Shown: positions 30,801-39,264, counted from the stretch's first letter. The stretch: 64,000 nucleotides of DNA from Candidatus Eiseniibacteriota bacterium (GCA_038231135.1 JBBRLX010000006.1:1-64000); one strand, 5' to 3'. Numbers and translations are program-made. Notes: a model not told the origin generated them from the sequence alone.

Positions 30801-31744
30801 TGGGGAACAAGCTGGTGCCGACGGGGGTGTGGTCGGCGGGCATGAACGCGAGCGCGTCGTTCTACGGCACGTTCACGCCGCACCTGGGTGCGCTCGACGC
30901 GTTCCGTCACGTGGTGTTCCCCAGCGTGACGCTGCAGTACAGCCCGGATTTCAAGAACCTGCTGATCGCGGGCCCGAACGGCACCGAGCAGGAGCGGTTC
31001 GAGAGCTTCGGCGGCATCGGCGTGTCGGGCGCCAAGCAGTTCCAGCTCGCGCTCGGACTCGACCAGCGGCTGCAGGTGAAGCTCCGCCACAAGGACCAGA
31101 TCACGCGCATCGACAACCTGCTGGCGTGGAGCATGTCGAGCAACTACGACTTCCTGTGGGCGGAGCACGGGGCCAGGCACCCGCTGACTCCGATCGGCTC
31201 GGCGGTCACGTTCCAGCCGCCCAAGTACTTCAACGCTTCGATGAACTTCACCACCGACCCCTACAACGGCCGCCCGCTGCGGTCGCTCACGTACTACCTG
31301 GGCCTCAATCTGTCGAGCAGTGGCGCGCGGCGCGACGATGCGCCCGGCCTCGCGGTCGAGCGCAGCTCGAACGAGGTCGAGGCGTTCCACGACAACTGGA
31401 ACGTGGGGCTCACGTATTCCTATTCCGGCGGCTACCCCGGCGACCTGCCCGGCAAGGCGAGCCCGTTGTGGACGACGACGCGCAACGCGAACGCCGTGAC
31501 GAGCTATCAGTTCAGTCCGGCGTGGGGCGTCGAGTATTCGGCGTCGTTCGACCTCACCCTGCGGCAGATCGGCACGCAGCGGTTCTCGCTCACCCGCGAT
31601 CTGCATTGCTGGGAGGCGACGTTCTCGCGCACGTTCACAGCGGGCGGCGAGGCCGAGTACTACTTCCGGCTCGGCGTGAAGGAGCAGAAGGAGATCTACA
31701 TCGAGCGCGGCACGCGCTCGGGCAGCCTGGGCGGGATCCAGTGA
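27854..31744 (+). CDS. lptD: LPS-assembly protein LptD-like, with an extended N-terminal OstA/LptA-like region
   Basis: Signal peptide, low-complexity linker, repeated beta-strand OstA-like units, YSTC..PEPHYHF, SGFMLP, RNAGYYWA, RDLHCWE near the C-terminus. Confidence 0.82.
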   Translation: MRRVWLALAIAIASAAGAAGAAPAVPAAPTPWPIEVTPIVPSRVTQPSDTAGAAARHQAAATSRASDAGRSIAPTAGAGAHDGAEPANRTPAPPGFGAAFDSTRGSHPGTPGTAIVVARDSGAVVPPAAAGIGTPPRAVRPPASAPARPAGPTPPLNIAADNVTGSHGPEGDVILLNGNVRITRMRSVITSDHGRYLRSEGMLYLEQNVKLVDSTTTMTCNQASYSENDDMLRLQGNVVVTDHDATLRAPWATYDRRIGRAELFGGVDAHDKHETMRADSALYLRDSLLLKARGHVRGIDKDNKLELTARAVDWDRDARDAIAWGDPQLVSHEDQGHDTVIRARTLRVNTDTRVAEAVDSVTIVRDTLQARADYGQFDDLANYAILTGHPRAWDQETVVTGDTLEMWTDGHHLQRVVVERNAVMDYAGREPLTLGEKSRLSGDQVTVYFTDDDIDSLVSVGKAHNDYTAVPRPGKASETNLAQGDTITVFFLKRKIDRARVEGKASGEYQFAVAKGDTAAAADERVRYDARTIEYQVSRNRIVLDPGAHLTYRDLELTARRVEFDLNRQTLVAEGKPELVEHGDKVTGNLMTYDLESRVGNIYKAETEYEAGLYHGERIRKVSDKELDVMNGSYSTCNLPEPHYHFASRWMKIYLKDKLVAKPVVFYVKHVPLLALPFWVFPLKPGRHSGFMLPTFQLGFSNRAGQFFRNAGYYWAPNDYMDLTVDGDYYAAEPSWVVRTEGNYKLMYVLDGTFNGSFARDEGIKTENWDFDADHTQELTPRSRLVARASFVSSRDYNSSNLFGRSLSQRLNRFLTSSVAISHNADWASFNNFVERRQDLDADLELDDPDGAGPGRSKPVGTRASQFNLTESLPSLDMSFPTRTAGSLGFLRGTPFEKALSTMYLSMSARFLSLHTQRAFVEARLPTAADTTQDSLLVLGQEQNTRRGFQTDASVSDARRAFGWLNLRPSLNTSVAVFDHDRLGNKLVPTGVWSAGMNASASFYGTFTPHLGALDAFRHVVFPSVTLQYSPDFKNLLIAGPNGTEQERFESFGGIGVSGAKQFQLALGLDQRLQVKLRHKDQITRIDNLLAWSMSSNYDFLWAEHGARHPLTPIGSAVTFQPPKYFNASMNFTTDPYNGRPLRSLTYYLGLNLSSSGARRDDAPGLAVERSSNEVEAFHDNWNVGLTYSYSGGYPGDLPGKASPLWTTTRNANAVTSYQFSPAWGVEYSASFDLTLRQIGTQRFSLTRDLHCWEATFSRTFTAGGEAEYYFRLGVKEQKEIYIERGTRSGSLGGIQ

Positions 31745-32382
31745 CCGGATCCAAGGCCGCGCCGGCGATGACCGCGGCGCCGCGCAGGACCGGAACGATC
31801 CGGCTTACGGTGCGCTACCTCGCGGTCGCGATCGCGGCCGCCGCGGTCAGCGCGATCGCGCAGCGCGGCGGCGCGCCGGCGTGGCTCGGGTACCTGGGCT
31901 CCGCGATCGTCGTGATCGTGTCGATCGCGTGGATCGAGACCCGGCGCCGCACCGCGCGGGCCAGGGCGGACGACCCCGACCTGCGGCTGTTCCATGCCGA
32001 CGCGCCGCGCGAGCGGCTGCTCGCGCTGCTCGCGGCGCTCGAGCGGGCCGAGCGGCCGCGCGCGGGGGTGGGCGTGGGGATTCCGCCCGGGACCGGCAAG
32101 CTGTGGATCCGTCACGTCGAAGGGGCGTTCGAGGTCCACGTGTTCGCGGTGAGCGCCGCGGACGGCGCCCAGCTCGAGCGCATGATCGCGCTGCTCAAGC
32201 GCAGCGCCGCGGTGCGCGCGGTCGCGTCGGGCGCGCCCCGCGTGGCCGCATTCCGGGCGGTGCTCGGCGCCGGGATGCTGAACGGGATCGTGGTCCAGAT
32301 GCTCGAGGACGAGCGCACCCCGTCGGCGACGCGCGACGTTCAGCTATGGTGGAGCGTGACGCTCGGGGACGCACCCGGCTAG
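31741..32382 (+). CDS. Hypothetical membrane protein
   Basis: GTG overlaps the lptD stop; two hydrophobic segments near the N-terminus. Confidence 0.5.
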   Translation: MTGSKAAPAMTAAPRRTGTIRLTVRYLAVAIAAAAVSAIAQRGGAPAWLGYLGSAIVVIVSIAWIETRRRTARARADDPDLRLFHADAPRERLLALLAALERAERPRAGVGVGIPPGTGKLWIRHVEGAFEVHVFAVSAADGAQLERMIALLKRSAAVRAVASGAPRVAAFRAVLGAGMLNGIVVQMLEDERTPSATRDVQLWWSVTLGDAPG

Positions 32383-33197
32383 GCCAGTCCCCACTCCTCC
32401 AGGTCGTCCTCGTCGAGCCCCAGCAGATGGCCGACCTCGTGCTGCACGGTCACGCGCACCTCCTTCTGCAGCTCCTCGCGCGAATGACACACGCGCAGCA
32501 GGTTGCGCCGGAACAGGTAGATCGCGCCGGGACCGCTCGCCACGTCCTGGGTGGTGCGGCTCATCAGGTCGCGCCCCACGAACAATCCGAGGATGTCGGG
32601 CGGCAGCGGCGGATTCTCGGAGGTCAGTACGTCGAGCAGCGGCAGCGGCTGCACCAGCACCGGGAATTCGTCGAGGTGCTTGCGGACCTGCGGCGGCAAC
32701 TCGGCCAGGCTGTCCTCCACGAGCTGGTCGAACTCCGCGTCGGTGTACTCCAGCGCCGGCGGGAAGTTCTCGGGGTCGAGGTCGTGGGCCTCCTCCGCGT
32801 GTTCCGCCGCGCCGCCCGCGTCGCCGAGGTGCTCGAGCGTGCGCGACAGCAGATCGTGCGCGTCGGCGAACTCGGGGCGCACGGCGAGCGACCGCTCCGC
32901 GTCGTCCCGCGCGGACTCGAGCTTGCACAGGTCGAACTCGGCGCTGGCGCGCAGGTGGAAGAACAGCGCGGGATCCGCAGACATCTCGGCGCCATCGAGC
33001 GCCGCGAGCGCCAGCGTGGGCTCGCCCTCCTCGAGCGCGATCGCCGCATCCACGATGCGCACGTCGGCGTGCCGCGCCCGCGCCCGGAACCGCATCTTGA
33101 GCTCGCGCCGGGCGGCCTCGGCGTCGCCGTTCTCGAGCAGGTCCCAGATCTTGCTCAGCTCGTCCCAGTCCGTCTCGGACAGTGTCTCGAAGTGCAC
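32379..33197 (-). CDS. TPR plus zincin-like metallopeptidase protein
   Basis: TPR-like N-terminus; ILGLFVG, IYLFRRNL, HEVGHLLGLDE. Confidence 0.85.
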   Translation of the reverse strand: MHFETLSETDWDELSKIWDLLENGDAEAARRELKMRFRARARHADVRIVDAAIALEEGEPTLALAALDGAEMSADPALFFHLRASAEFDLCKLESARDDAERSLAVRPEFADAHDLLSRTLEHLGDAGGAAEHAEEAHDLDPENFPPALEYTDAEFDQLVEDSLAELPPQVRKHLDEFPVLVQPLPLLDVLTSENPPLPPDILGLFVGRDLMSRTTQDVASGPGAIYLFRRNLLRVCHSREELQKEVRVTVQHEVGHLLGLDEDDLEEWGLA

Positions 33198-33441
33198 GCG
33201 CGCTCCCGAATTCCGTTTCGCGGCCGACCTGTGGCGCCTGGCAACCGCGCCGGACCACTGGTCGCGAGACTACGCTCGGGGGTTGGGCGGCGGCAATCGC
33301 GGGCCCGGACGGCGCCCGGCGCGCCGACGCCGCGCGTGGGCGCCCGATCCGAAACTACCGGGTCGAAGCTGCCGACGGTCCGGGTGGCTGTCAGCGATTC
33401 CGCAACTTGCGCAGCGCCCCAACCCGGGCCGGGGACGGCTC

Positions 33442-33470
33442 TTGCGCTTCGATCGGCGTCCCCGTAGACT
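33442..33470 (+). promoter_or_regulatory. Putative sigma70 promoter of the selenoprotein gene
   Basis: TTGCGC-N17-TAGACT ending 44 nt upstream of ATG 33515. Confidence 0.5.
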
Positions 33471-33514
33471 CCCCGCAGGCTGGTCTGCAGAGTCCCAACG
33501 TCACCGGAGATTCC

Positions 33515-34939
33515 ATGAAGTCTCTTACCACCCGAATTCTTGCTGCTGCCGTGGTCGCCGTCGTGAGCTGGCTCGTGCTCGCCTCCGCCGCCGCGCCCCA
33601 CTCGCTACAGCCGAACAAACTGGTCATCCTCTCGACAACGGACGTCAAGGGCAAGACCAGCCCCTGTGGCTGACACACGCCCAAGGGGGGTCTGGCCCGG
33701 CGGGCCAGTTTCGCAGACAGCGTAAAGCTCCAGTACAGCAACGTGCTGCTGGTCGATGCCGGAGGGTTCTTCCCCGAAGGCGCCACCGAGTACGACGTGG
33801 CGTGGTTCATGATGGACGCCATGAAGCTGCTCGGCACCGACGGCGTCGGCGTGGGTGAGCGCGACCTCAAGTACGGGCTCGCGTGGCTCAAGGGGCAGCA
33901 GAAGCGCACCGGACTCCCGATCGTGTCGGCGAACCTGCTCGACAAGAAGACCGGCAGGCCGGTGTTCGCGCCGTTCGTGATCAAGCGGGTCGGCACCGCG
34001 AAGGTGGGCATCTTCGGGCTGATCAGTGACAAGGTCGACCTCGGGCCGGCGCGGGATTCGCTCACCGCCCAGGACCCGATGGTGGCGGCGAAGAAGGCGA
34101 TCGCCGACATGCACAAGGCCGGGGCGACGGTGATCGTGCTGCTGTCCCAGCTGGGCAAGGTCGAGAGCGAGGACCTCGTCACTGCGGTGGACGGCGTCGA
34201 CGTTGTGATCGCGGGCCGCAACGTGCCGCTGATCCAGAAGGGCCGGCTGATCAAGAACACGGTCGTGGCGTACGGCGGCGAGCAGGGCCAGTACGTCGGC
34301 CGCACGATCATCACGCTCGGGCCCGGCGGCAAGGCGACGGCCGGGGACGACGACATGTTCATCCTGAGCCCCGAAGTCGGCGAGAAGCCCGAAGTGCTCG
34401 CGCTGGTCAAGAGCTTCGAGGACGCCTACAACGAGAAGCTGCGCAAGGGCCAGATGGATTCCGAGGCGTCGAAGGCGGTGGCGCAGGAGAACAATCCCGA
34501 CCGCTACCTCGGAGCCGAGTTGTGCACGCGCTGCCATTCGTCCGAAGGTGAACAGTGGAAGACCACCGCGCATTCGCTGGCGTGGCAGACGCTGGTGAAC
34601 GTGAAGAAGGACGCGACGCCCGAGTGCATCGGCTGCCATTCGGTCGGCTTCAACAAGTCGGGCGGCTTCACGAGCGCGACGGCGACGCCGCACCTCGAGA
34701 ACGTGCAGTGCGAGAACTGCCACGGCATCGGCACCCAGCACGACTCGTTCGCGGCCACGCCGCACCCGGTGACGGCCGAGGTGTGCCAGACCTGCCACCA
34801 TGGCGATAACGATCCCGACTTCAACTTTGCGAAGTACCTGCCGAAGATCGCGCACAGCAACCTGTCCGGCGAGACGATCAAGAACATGAAGAACAAGATG
34901 TCGCCGGGAATGATGAAGGGGAGCGGCGGCACGAACTGA
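33515..34939 (+). CDS. Putative selenoprotein: UshA/5'-nucleotidase-like domain with a CGU motif fused to a tetraheme cytochrome c domain
   Basis: GGAG ribosome-binding site, ATG and signal peptide; single in-frame TGA at codon 53 (SPCG-U-HTPKGGLARRA); frame stays open to 34939; CTRCH, CIGCH, CENCH, CQTCH. Confidence 0.85.
33692..33708 (+). promoter_or_regulatory. Candidate bacterial SECIS hairpin
   Basis: CTGGCCC-GGC-GGGCCAG perfect 7-bp stem with a G-first loop 25 nt downstream of the UGA. Confidence 0.65.
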
Positions 34940-34998
34940 CCGCCGCACCGGCCCTGCCCTCGCCCCACACCATCGACTCCAGCCGGGAGCCGCAAGCT

Positions 34999-36390
34999 TT
35001 GACGAACGTGCTCGAGGGTGTTCGGTACTTCGAGAACATCCTGCAGACCGTCGGCAACACGCCGCTCGTCCGCCTGCGCAACGTGGCGCGGGACTGCCCA
35101 TGCCCGGTGCTCGCCAAGCTCGAATACTTCAATCCCGGCGGCAGCGTGAAGGACCGGATCGGGCTCGCGATGGTCGAGGCCGCGGAGCGCGACGGCAATC
35201 TCAAGCCCGGCGGGACGATCGTCGAGTGCACGTCGGGCAACACCGGCCTCGGGCTCGCGATGGTGGCGTCGGTGCGGGGCTACCACGCGGTGTTCTGCAT
35301 GCCGGACAAGGTGTCGAGCGAGAAGGTGAACCTGCTCAAGGCGTTCGGCGCCGAGGTGCTGCTGAGTCCCACCGCCGTCGAGCCCGACTCGCCCGAATCC
35401 TACTATTCGGTCGCGCGCCGCATCGCCGCCGAGCGGCCGGGCGCCTACCTCACGAACCAGTACCACAACCCGGCGAACCCGCTGGCGCACTACCTCACCA
35501 CGGGACCCGAGTTGTGGCAGCAGACCGCGGGGCACATCACGCACTTCGTCGCCGGCATGGGCACGGGCGGCACGATCAGCGGCACCAGCCGCTATCTCAA
35601 GGAGCAGAATCCGCAGGTCCAGACCATCGGCGCCGATCCCGTCGGCTCGATCCTCAAGCACTACCACGAGACGAAACAGCTCAGCGAAGCGCACACCTAC
35701 AAGATCGAAGGCGTGGGCGAGGACTTCATCCCGAGCGCGACCGATTTCTCGGTGGTGGACCGCGTGGTGGCGTGCAACGACCGCAACGGGCTCAACATGG
35801 CGCGCACGCTGGCGCGCGAGGAGGCGATCTTCGTCGGCGGCTCGGGCGGCATGGCCACGTGGGTCGCGATCGAGGTGGCGAAGGCGCTGCCGGCCGACAG
35901 CCTGGTCGTGGTGCTGCTGCCCGACACCGGCGAGCGCTACCTGAGCAAGGTGCACAACGACGAGTGGATGCGCGACAACCATCTGCTCGACCCGACCGCC
36001 GCTTCGGCGGGGCAGATCGTCGACACCAAGAAGCGCAAGATCCCGAATCTTCTGTCGGTGCCGTCCGGCGCGTCGCTCAAGCAGGCGCTGGCGCTGGTCG
36101 AACAGCACGAGATCAGCCAGATCCCGGTCGTCGACGGCGACACGGTGATCGGCACGCTCGAGGAGAGCGACATCCTCAAGCTGGCGATGTCCGATCGCGC
36201 CGCGCTCGATCGTCCGGTGAACGCGTGGATGAAGCCGCCGCTGCCGATGGTGAACGCGGACGAGCACGTCGACCAGGTCACGCGGCTGCTGGTGCGGGAG
36301 CCGGCGGTGCTCGTGAAACGCGAAGGCCGTGTGGTCGGCATCCTGACGCGCTACGACATGCTGCAGTTCATCGCCGGAGGCGAGGGATGA
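34999..36390 (+). CDS. Cystathionine beta-synthase (PLP domain plus CBS pair)
   Basis: GNTPLV, NPGGSVKDR, TSGNTG, GMGTGGT, PDTGERYLSK, C-terminal CBS domains; TTG start. Confidence 0.92.
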   Translation: MTNVLEGVRYFENILQTVGNTPLVRLRNVARDCPCPVLAKLEYFNPGGSVKDRIGLAMVEAAERDGNLKPGGTIVECTSGNTGLGLAMVASVRGYHAVFCMPDKVSSEKVNLLKAFGAEVLLSPTAVEPDSPESYYSVARRIAAERPGAYLTNQYHNPANPLAHYLTTGPELWQQTAGHITHFVAGMGTGGTISGTSRYLKEQNPQVQTIGADPVGSILKHYHETKQLSEAHTYKIEGVGEDFIPSATDFSVVDRVVACNDRNGLNMARTLAREEAIFVGGSGGMATWVAIEVAKALPADSLVVVLLPDTGERYLSKVHNDEWMRDNHLLDPTAASAGQIVDTKKRKIPNLLSVPSGASLKQALALVEQHEISQIPVVDGDTVIGTLEESDILKLAMSDRAALDRPVNAWMKPPLPMVNADEHVDQVTRLLVREPAVLVKREGRVVGILTRYDMLQFIAGGEG

Positions 36391-37559
36391 CCGACGACGC
36401 GCTCACCCCCACGTCGGGCTTTTCCACGCGCGCCGTGCACGCGGGGCAGATGCCCGATCCCACCACGGGCGCCGTGGTGGTGCCGATCTACCAGACGTCA
36501 ACGTATGCCCAGGAGGCGCTGGGCAAGAACACGGGCTTCGAGTACGCGCGCACCCACAACGCGACCCGGTCCGCGCTCGAGGGCAACCTGGCGTCGCTCG
36601 AAGGCGGCCGCCACGGGCTGTGCTTCGCGTCGGGACTCGCCGCCACCACCACCCTGATGCACACGCTGTCGGCGGGCGACCACGTGATCGCCGGCGACAA
36701 TCTCTACGGCGGCACCTACCGGCTGTTCGAGCGCGTGTTCCGCAGGTTCGGCCTCACGTTTACGTACGTGAGCGGCACCGACAGCGCCGAGATCGAGCGC
36801 GCGTTCACGCCCGAGACGAAGCTGGTGTTCGTCGAGACGCCGACGAACCCGATGATGCGGCTCGTCGATCTGGCCGCGGTGAGCGAGGCCGCGCACCGGC
36901 GCCAGGCGCTGGTGGCCGTCGACAACACGTTCATGACCCCGTATTTCCAGCGTCCGCTCGAATTCGGCGCGGACGTGGTGCTGCACTCGGTCACCAAGTA
37001 CCTCAATGGCCACAGCGACATGGTGGGGGGGGCTCTGGTGACGAGCCACGAGGAGCTGGCGACGCAGCTGCGGTTCCTCCAGAACGCGGCGGGGTCGGTG
37101 CCGGGGCCCATGGACTGCTGGCTGGCGCTGCGCGGCACGAAGACGCTGGCGCTCCGCATGGAGCGGCACAACTCGAACGCCATCGCGCTGGCACGCTCGC
37201 TGGCCGCGCACCCGGGCGTCCAGCGCGTGTTCTATCCGGGGCTCGACAGTCACCCCCAGCACGAGCTGGCGAAGCGGCAAGCCAGCGGATTCGGCGGCAT
37301 GATCTCGTTCGTCCCGGGGGACGGATCCCTCGAGACCGGCCGCCGGGTGTTCGACCGGTTCCGGCTGTTCACCCGCGCCGAGAGCCTGGGCGGTGTCGAG
37401 AGCCTGGTGTGCCACCCGGCGTCGATGACGCACGCCTCCGTGCCCCGCGACCACCGGCTCGCCATGGGATTCGCCGACGGGCTGCTGCGGCTGTCCGTGG
37501 GGATCGAGGACCTCGATGATCTGCGCGCGGACCTCGCGCAGGCGCTCCAGGAAGGATAA
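36387..37559 (+). CDS. Cystathionine gamma-lyase/synthase
   Basis: PIYQTST, YAR..N.TR, ETPTNP, DNTF, HSVTKYLNGHSD, ESLGGVESL. Confidence 0.93.
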   Translation: MTDDALTPTSGFSTRAVHAGQMPDPTTGAVVVPIYQTSTYAQEALGKNTGFEYARTHNATRSALEGNLASLEGGRHGLCFASGLAATTTLMHTLSAGDHVIAGDNLYGGTYRLFERVFRRFGLTFTYVSGTDSAEIERAFTPETKLVFVETPTNPMMRLVDLAAVSEAAHRRQALVAVDNTFMTPYFQRPLEFGADVVLHSVTKYLNGHSDMVGGALVTSHEELATQLRFLQNAAGSVPGPMDCWLALRGTKTLALRMERHNSNAIALARSLAAHPGVQRVFYPGLDSHPQHELAKRQASGFGGMISFVPGDGSLETGRRVFDRFRLFTRAESLGGVESLVCHPASMTHASVPRDHRLAMGFADGLLRLSVGIEDLDDLRADLAQALQEG

Positions 37560-37623
37560 ACATTTGTGCCGTGGTGTTTTCCCCGGACCGAACCCCTCGA
37601 AACCTCCGGGAACAGAAACACAG

Positions 37624-37653
37624 TTGACAAATCGGAGCCGTCGCTCATAGCCT
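37624..37653 (+). promoter_or_regulatory. Putative sigma70 promoter
   Basis: TTGACA-N18-TAGCCT in an AT-richer intergenic region. Confidence 0.45.
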
Positions 37654-37846
37654 TTCGCGCGTTTTGGTCGGCTGGATCCCGGCGATGATTCCTTCGTGCA
37701 TCGCGCCTAACGAGCATCGCGCACGACAACTTGCAGCCCATGGGGCCGATGCCACCGCCTTGGGACACCTCAGCAGGGTGTCCTTGATTTTGATCGTGAG
37801 AGAAAAACCAGGGGCCGCTACGGCGGCGATTCCGAGAGGAGGTGAA

Positions 37847-38044
37847 ATGAAAACCATGCGGAAGAATTTCGCGCTCGTGATGGTGGCTCTGCTGTCGCTG
37901 ACCATCGCGTTGGCTGTCGCAGGCTGCGGGAAGAAGGCTGAGGAGACGTCCACCACCTCGACCGAGACGACCACGCCGGCGATGTCGGACACCTCCTCCA
38001 TGATGCACGACAGCACGATGGCCGATACCGGCTCCCACAAGTAG
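37847..38044 (+). CDS. Small Thr/Ser/Met-rich lipoprotein
   Basis: AGGAGGTG ribosome-binding site; VAGC lipobox; 65 aa. Confidence 0.8.
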   Translation: MKTMRKNFALVMVALLSLTIALAVAGCGKKAEETSTTSTETTTPAMSDTSSMMHDSTMADTGSHK

Positions 38045-38073
38045 ATCGGGCCAGTCGTCGAGGAGAATCATCG

Positions 38074-38113
38074 GGAGGGGAGAATCCATCGGGAGGCTCC
38101 CCTCCTTCATTTT
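38074..38113 (+). terminator. Rho-independent terminator
   Basis: GGAGGGGAG...CTCCCCTCC stem followed by TTCATTTT. Confidence 0.7.
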
Positions 38114-38199
38114 GTCCCCGTCCGGGGCCGGTTCGTGCCCCTGTCCCGAAACCCTGGGCCCCTCCCGTCCGTATGTCCTGCACAGAGGAGGAATTCCCG

Positions 38200-39264
38200 G
38201 TGAGGAACATACGGCTGGCGGTGCTGGTTCTGGCGGTTCTCGGGGTGCTCCCCCGCATGGCGGGGGCCGAGACCCGGCAGGAGCAGAGCACCCTCGACAT
38301 CCCGGTGGCCGGCATCCGGTCGCTGCGGGTCGAGAATGGCCGGGGGCTCGTCACCGTGTCCCGCGGCGCCGGATCCCGGATCCACCTCACCGCCCTCAAG
38401 ATCGTGCGCTCCCGGGACGACGCGTGGGCCCGCCGGGTGGCGCGGCAGACCCAGGTCGAAACGGACATGAGGGGCGGCGAGTATGAGATTCGGGTCGTGT
38501 ATCCTCAGCGCCAGGCGATCCGGGTGCGGTTCTGGGACCTGTTCTCGGACTTCGAATTCCCCAACATCGAGGTGCGGCTGGCGATCGAAGTGCCCGACGG
38601 GCTGCCGCTGACGCTCGAATCCACGAGCGGTGACCTGATCTCCTCGGGGGTGCGCGCGACCCAGGTGCTGGAATCGACGAGCGGCGACGTCACGGTGACC
38701 GGTGCGGCCACCGTGAACGCGTCCAGCACCAGCGGCGACGTGCACATCTCGGATGCCGGCCCGTCACGCGTCCGCACCGTGAGCGGCGACCTCGTGGCCC
38801 AGCGCATGCGCGGCCCGCTGGCGGCAAGCACCACGAGCGGCGACGTGCGGGTGAGCGAGAGCGCGGACTCGCTCGTCCTCGCCACGGTGAGCGGGGACAT
38901 CACGGTGGACGCGGCGCCCCGCGGGCTCGAGCTGTCCACGACCAGCGGCACCGTGGACGTGCGACGCGCGTCGGGCATCGTCCGCGTGCAGAGCACCAGC
39001 GGAGACGCGGCGCTGGGATTCGTCGCGCCGGTCCGTCGCACGCAGATCGTCACCGGCAACGGCGACGTGCGCCTCCGGTTCGCCCCGGCGCTCGCGTACT
39101 CGCTCGATCTCGCCACATCGAGCGGCGAGATCCAGGTCGAGGTTCCGCTCGACGTCGAGAACGTCACGCGCCACAGACTCACGGGAGTCGTGCGGCACGG
39201 CGCCACGCCGATCGTCGTGCACACGGTATCGGGAGACATCAGCATCGCGGAGGGGGCACGATGA
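38200..39264 (+). CDS. DUF4097-like beta-strand repeat protein (putative adhesin-like)
   Basis: Signal peptide; many (S/T)(T/V)SGD(V/I/L) repeats; GAGGAGG ribosome-binding site. Confidence 0.85.
   Translation: MRNIRLAVLVLAVLGVLPRMAGAETRQEQSTLDIPVAGIRSLRVENGRGLVTVSRGAGSRIHLTALKIVRSRDDAWARRVARQTQVETDMRGGEYEIRVVYPQRQAIRVRFWDLFSDFEFPNIEVRLAIEVPDGLPLTLESTSGDLISSGVRATQVLESTSGDVTVTGAATVNASSTSGDVHISDAGPSRVRTVSGDLVAQRMRGPLAASTTSGDVRVSESADSLVLATVSGDITVDAAPRGLELSTTSGTVDVRRASGIVRVQSTSGDAALGFVAPVRRTQIVTGNGDVRLRFAPALAYSLDLATSSGEIQVEVPLDVENVTRHRLTGVVRHGATPIVVHTVSGDISIAEGAR

Noticed and set aside
27317..31606. 1429-aa antisense ORF
   Set aside because: Mirror of lptD caused by high-GC codon bias; no recognisable motifs
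33182..33673. 163-aa ORF ending at TGA, and 33743..34939 as a separate gene
   Set aside because: They share one frame, and the signal peptide and fold motifs span the TGA; one recoded gene from 33515 explains both
33671..33673. Genome-wide UGA reassignment to Trp or Gly
   Set aside because: TGA ends many conserved genes here at their expected lengths (tgt, yajC, tsaE, folC), and Trp is encoded by TGG
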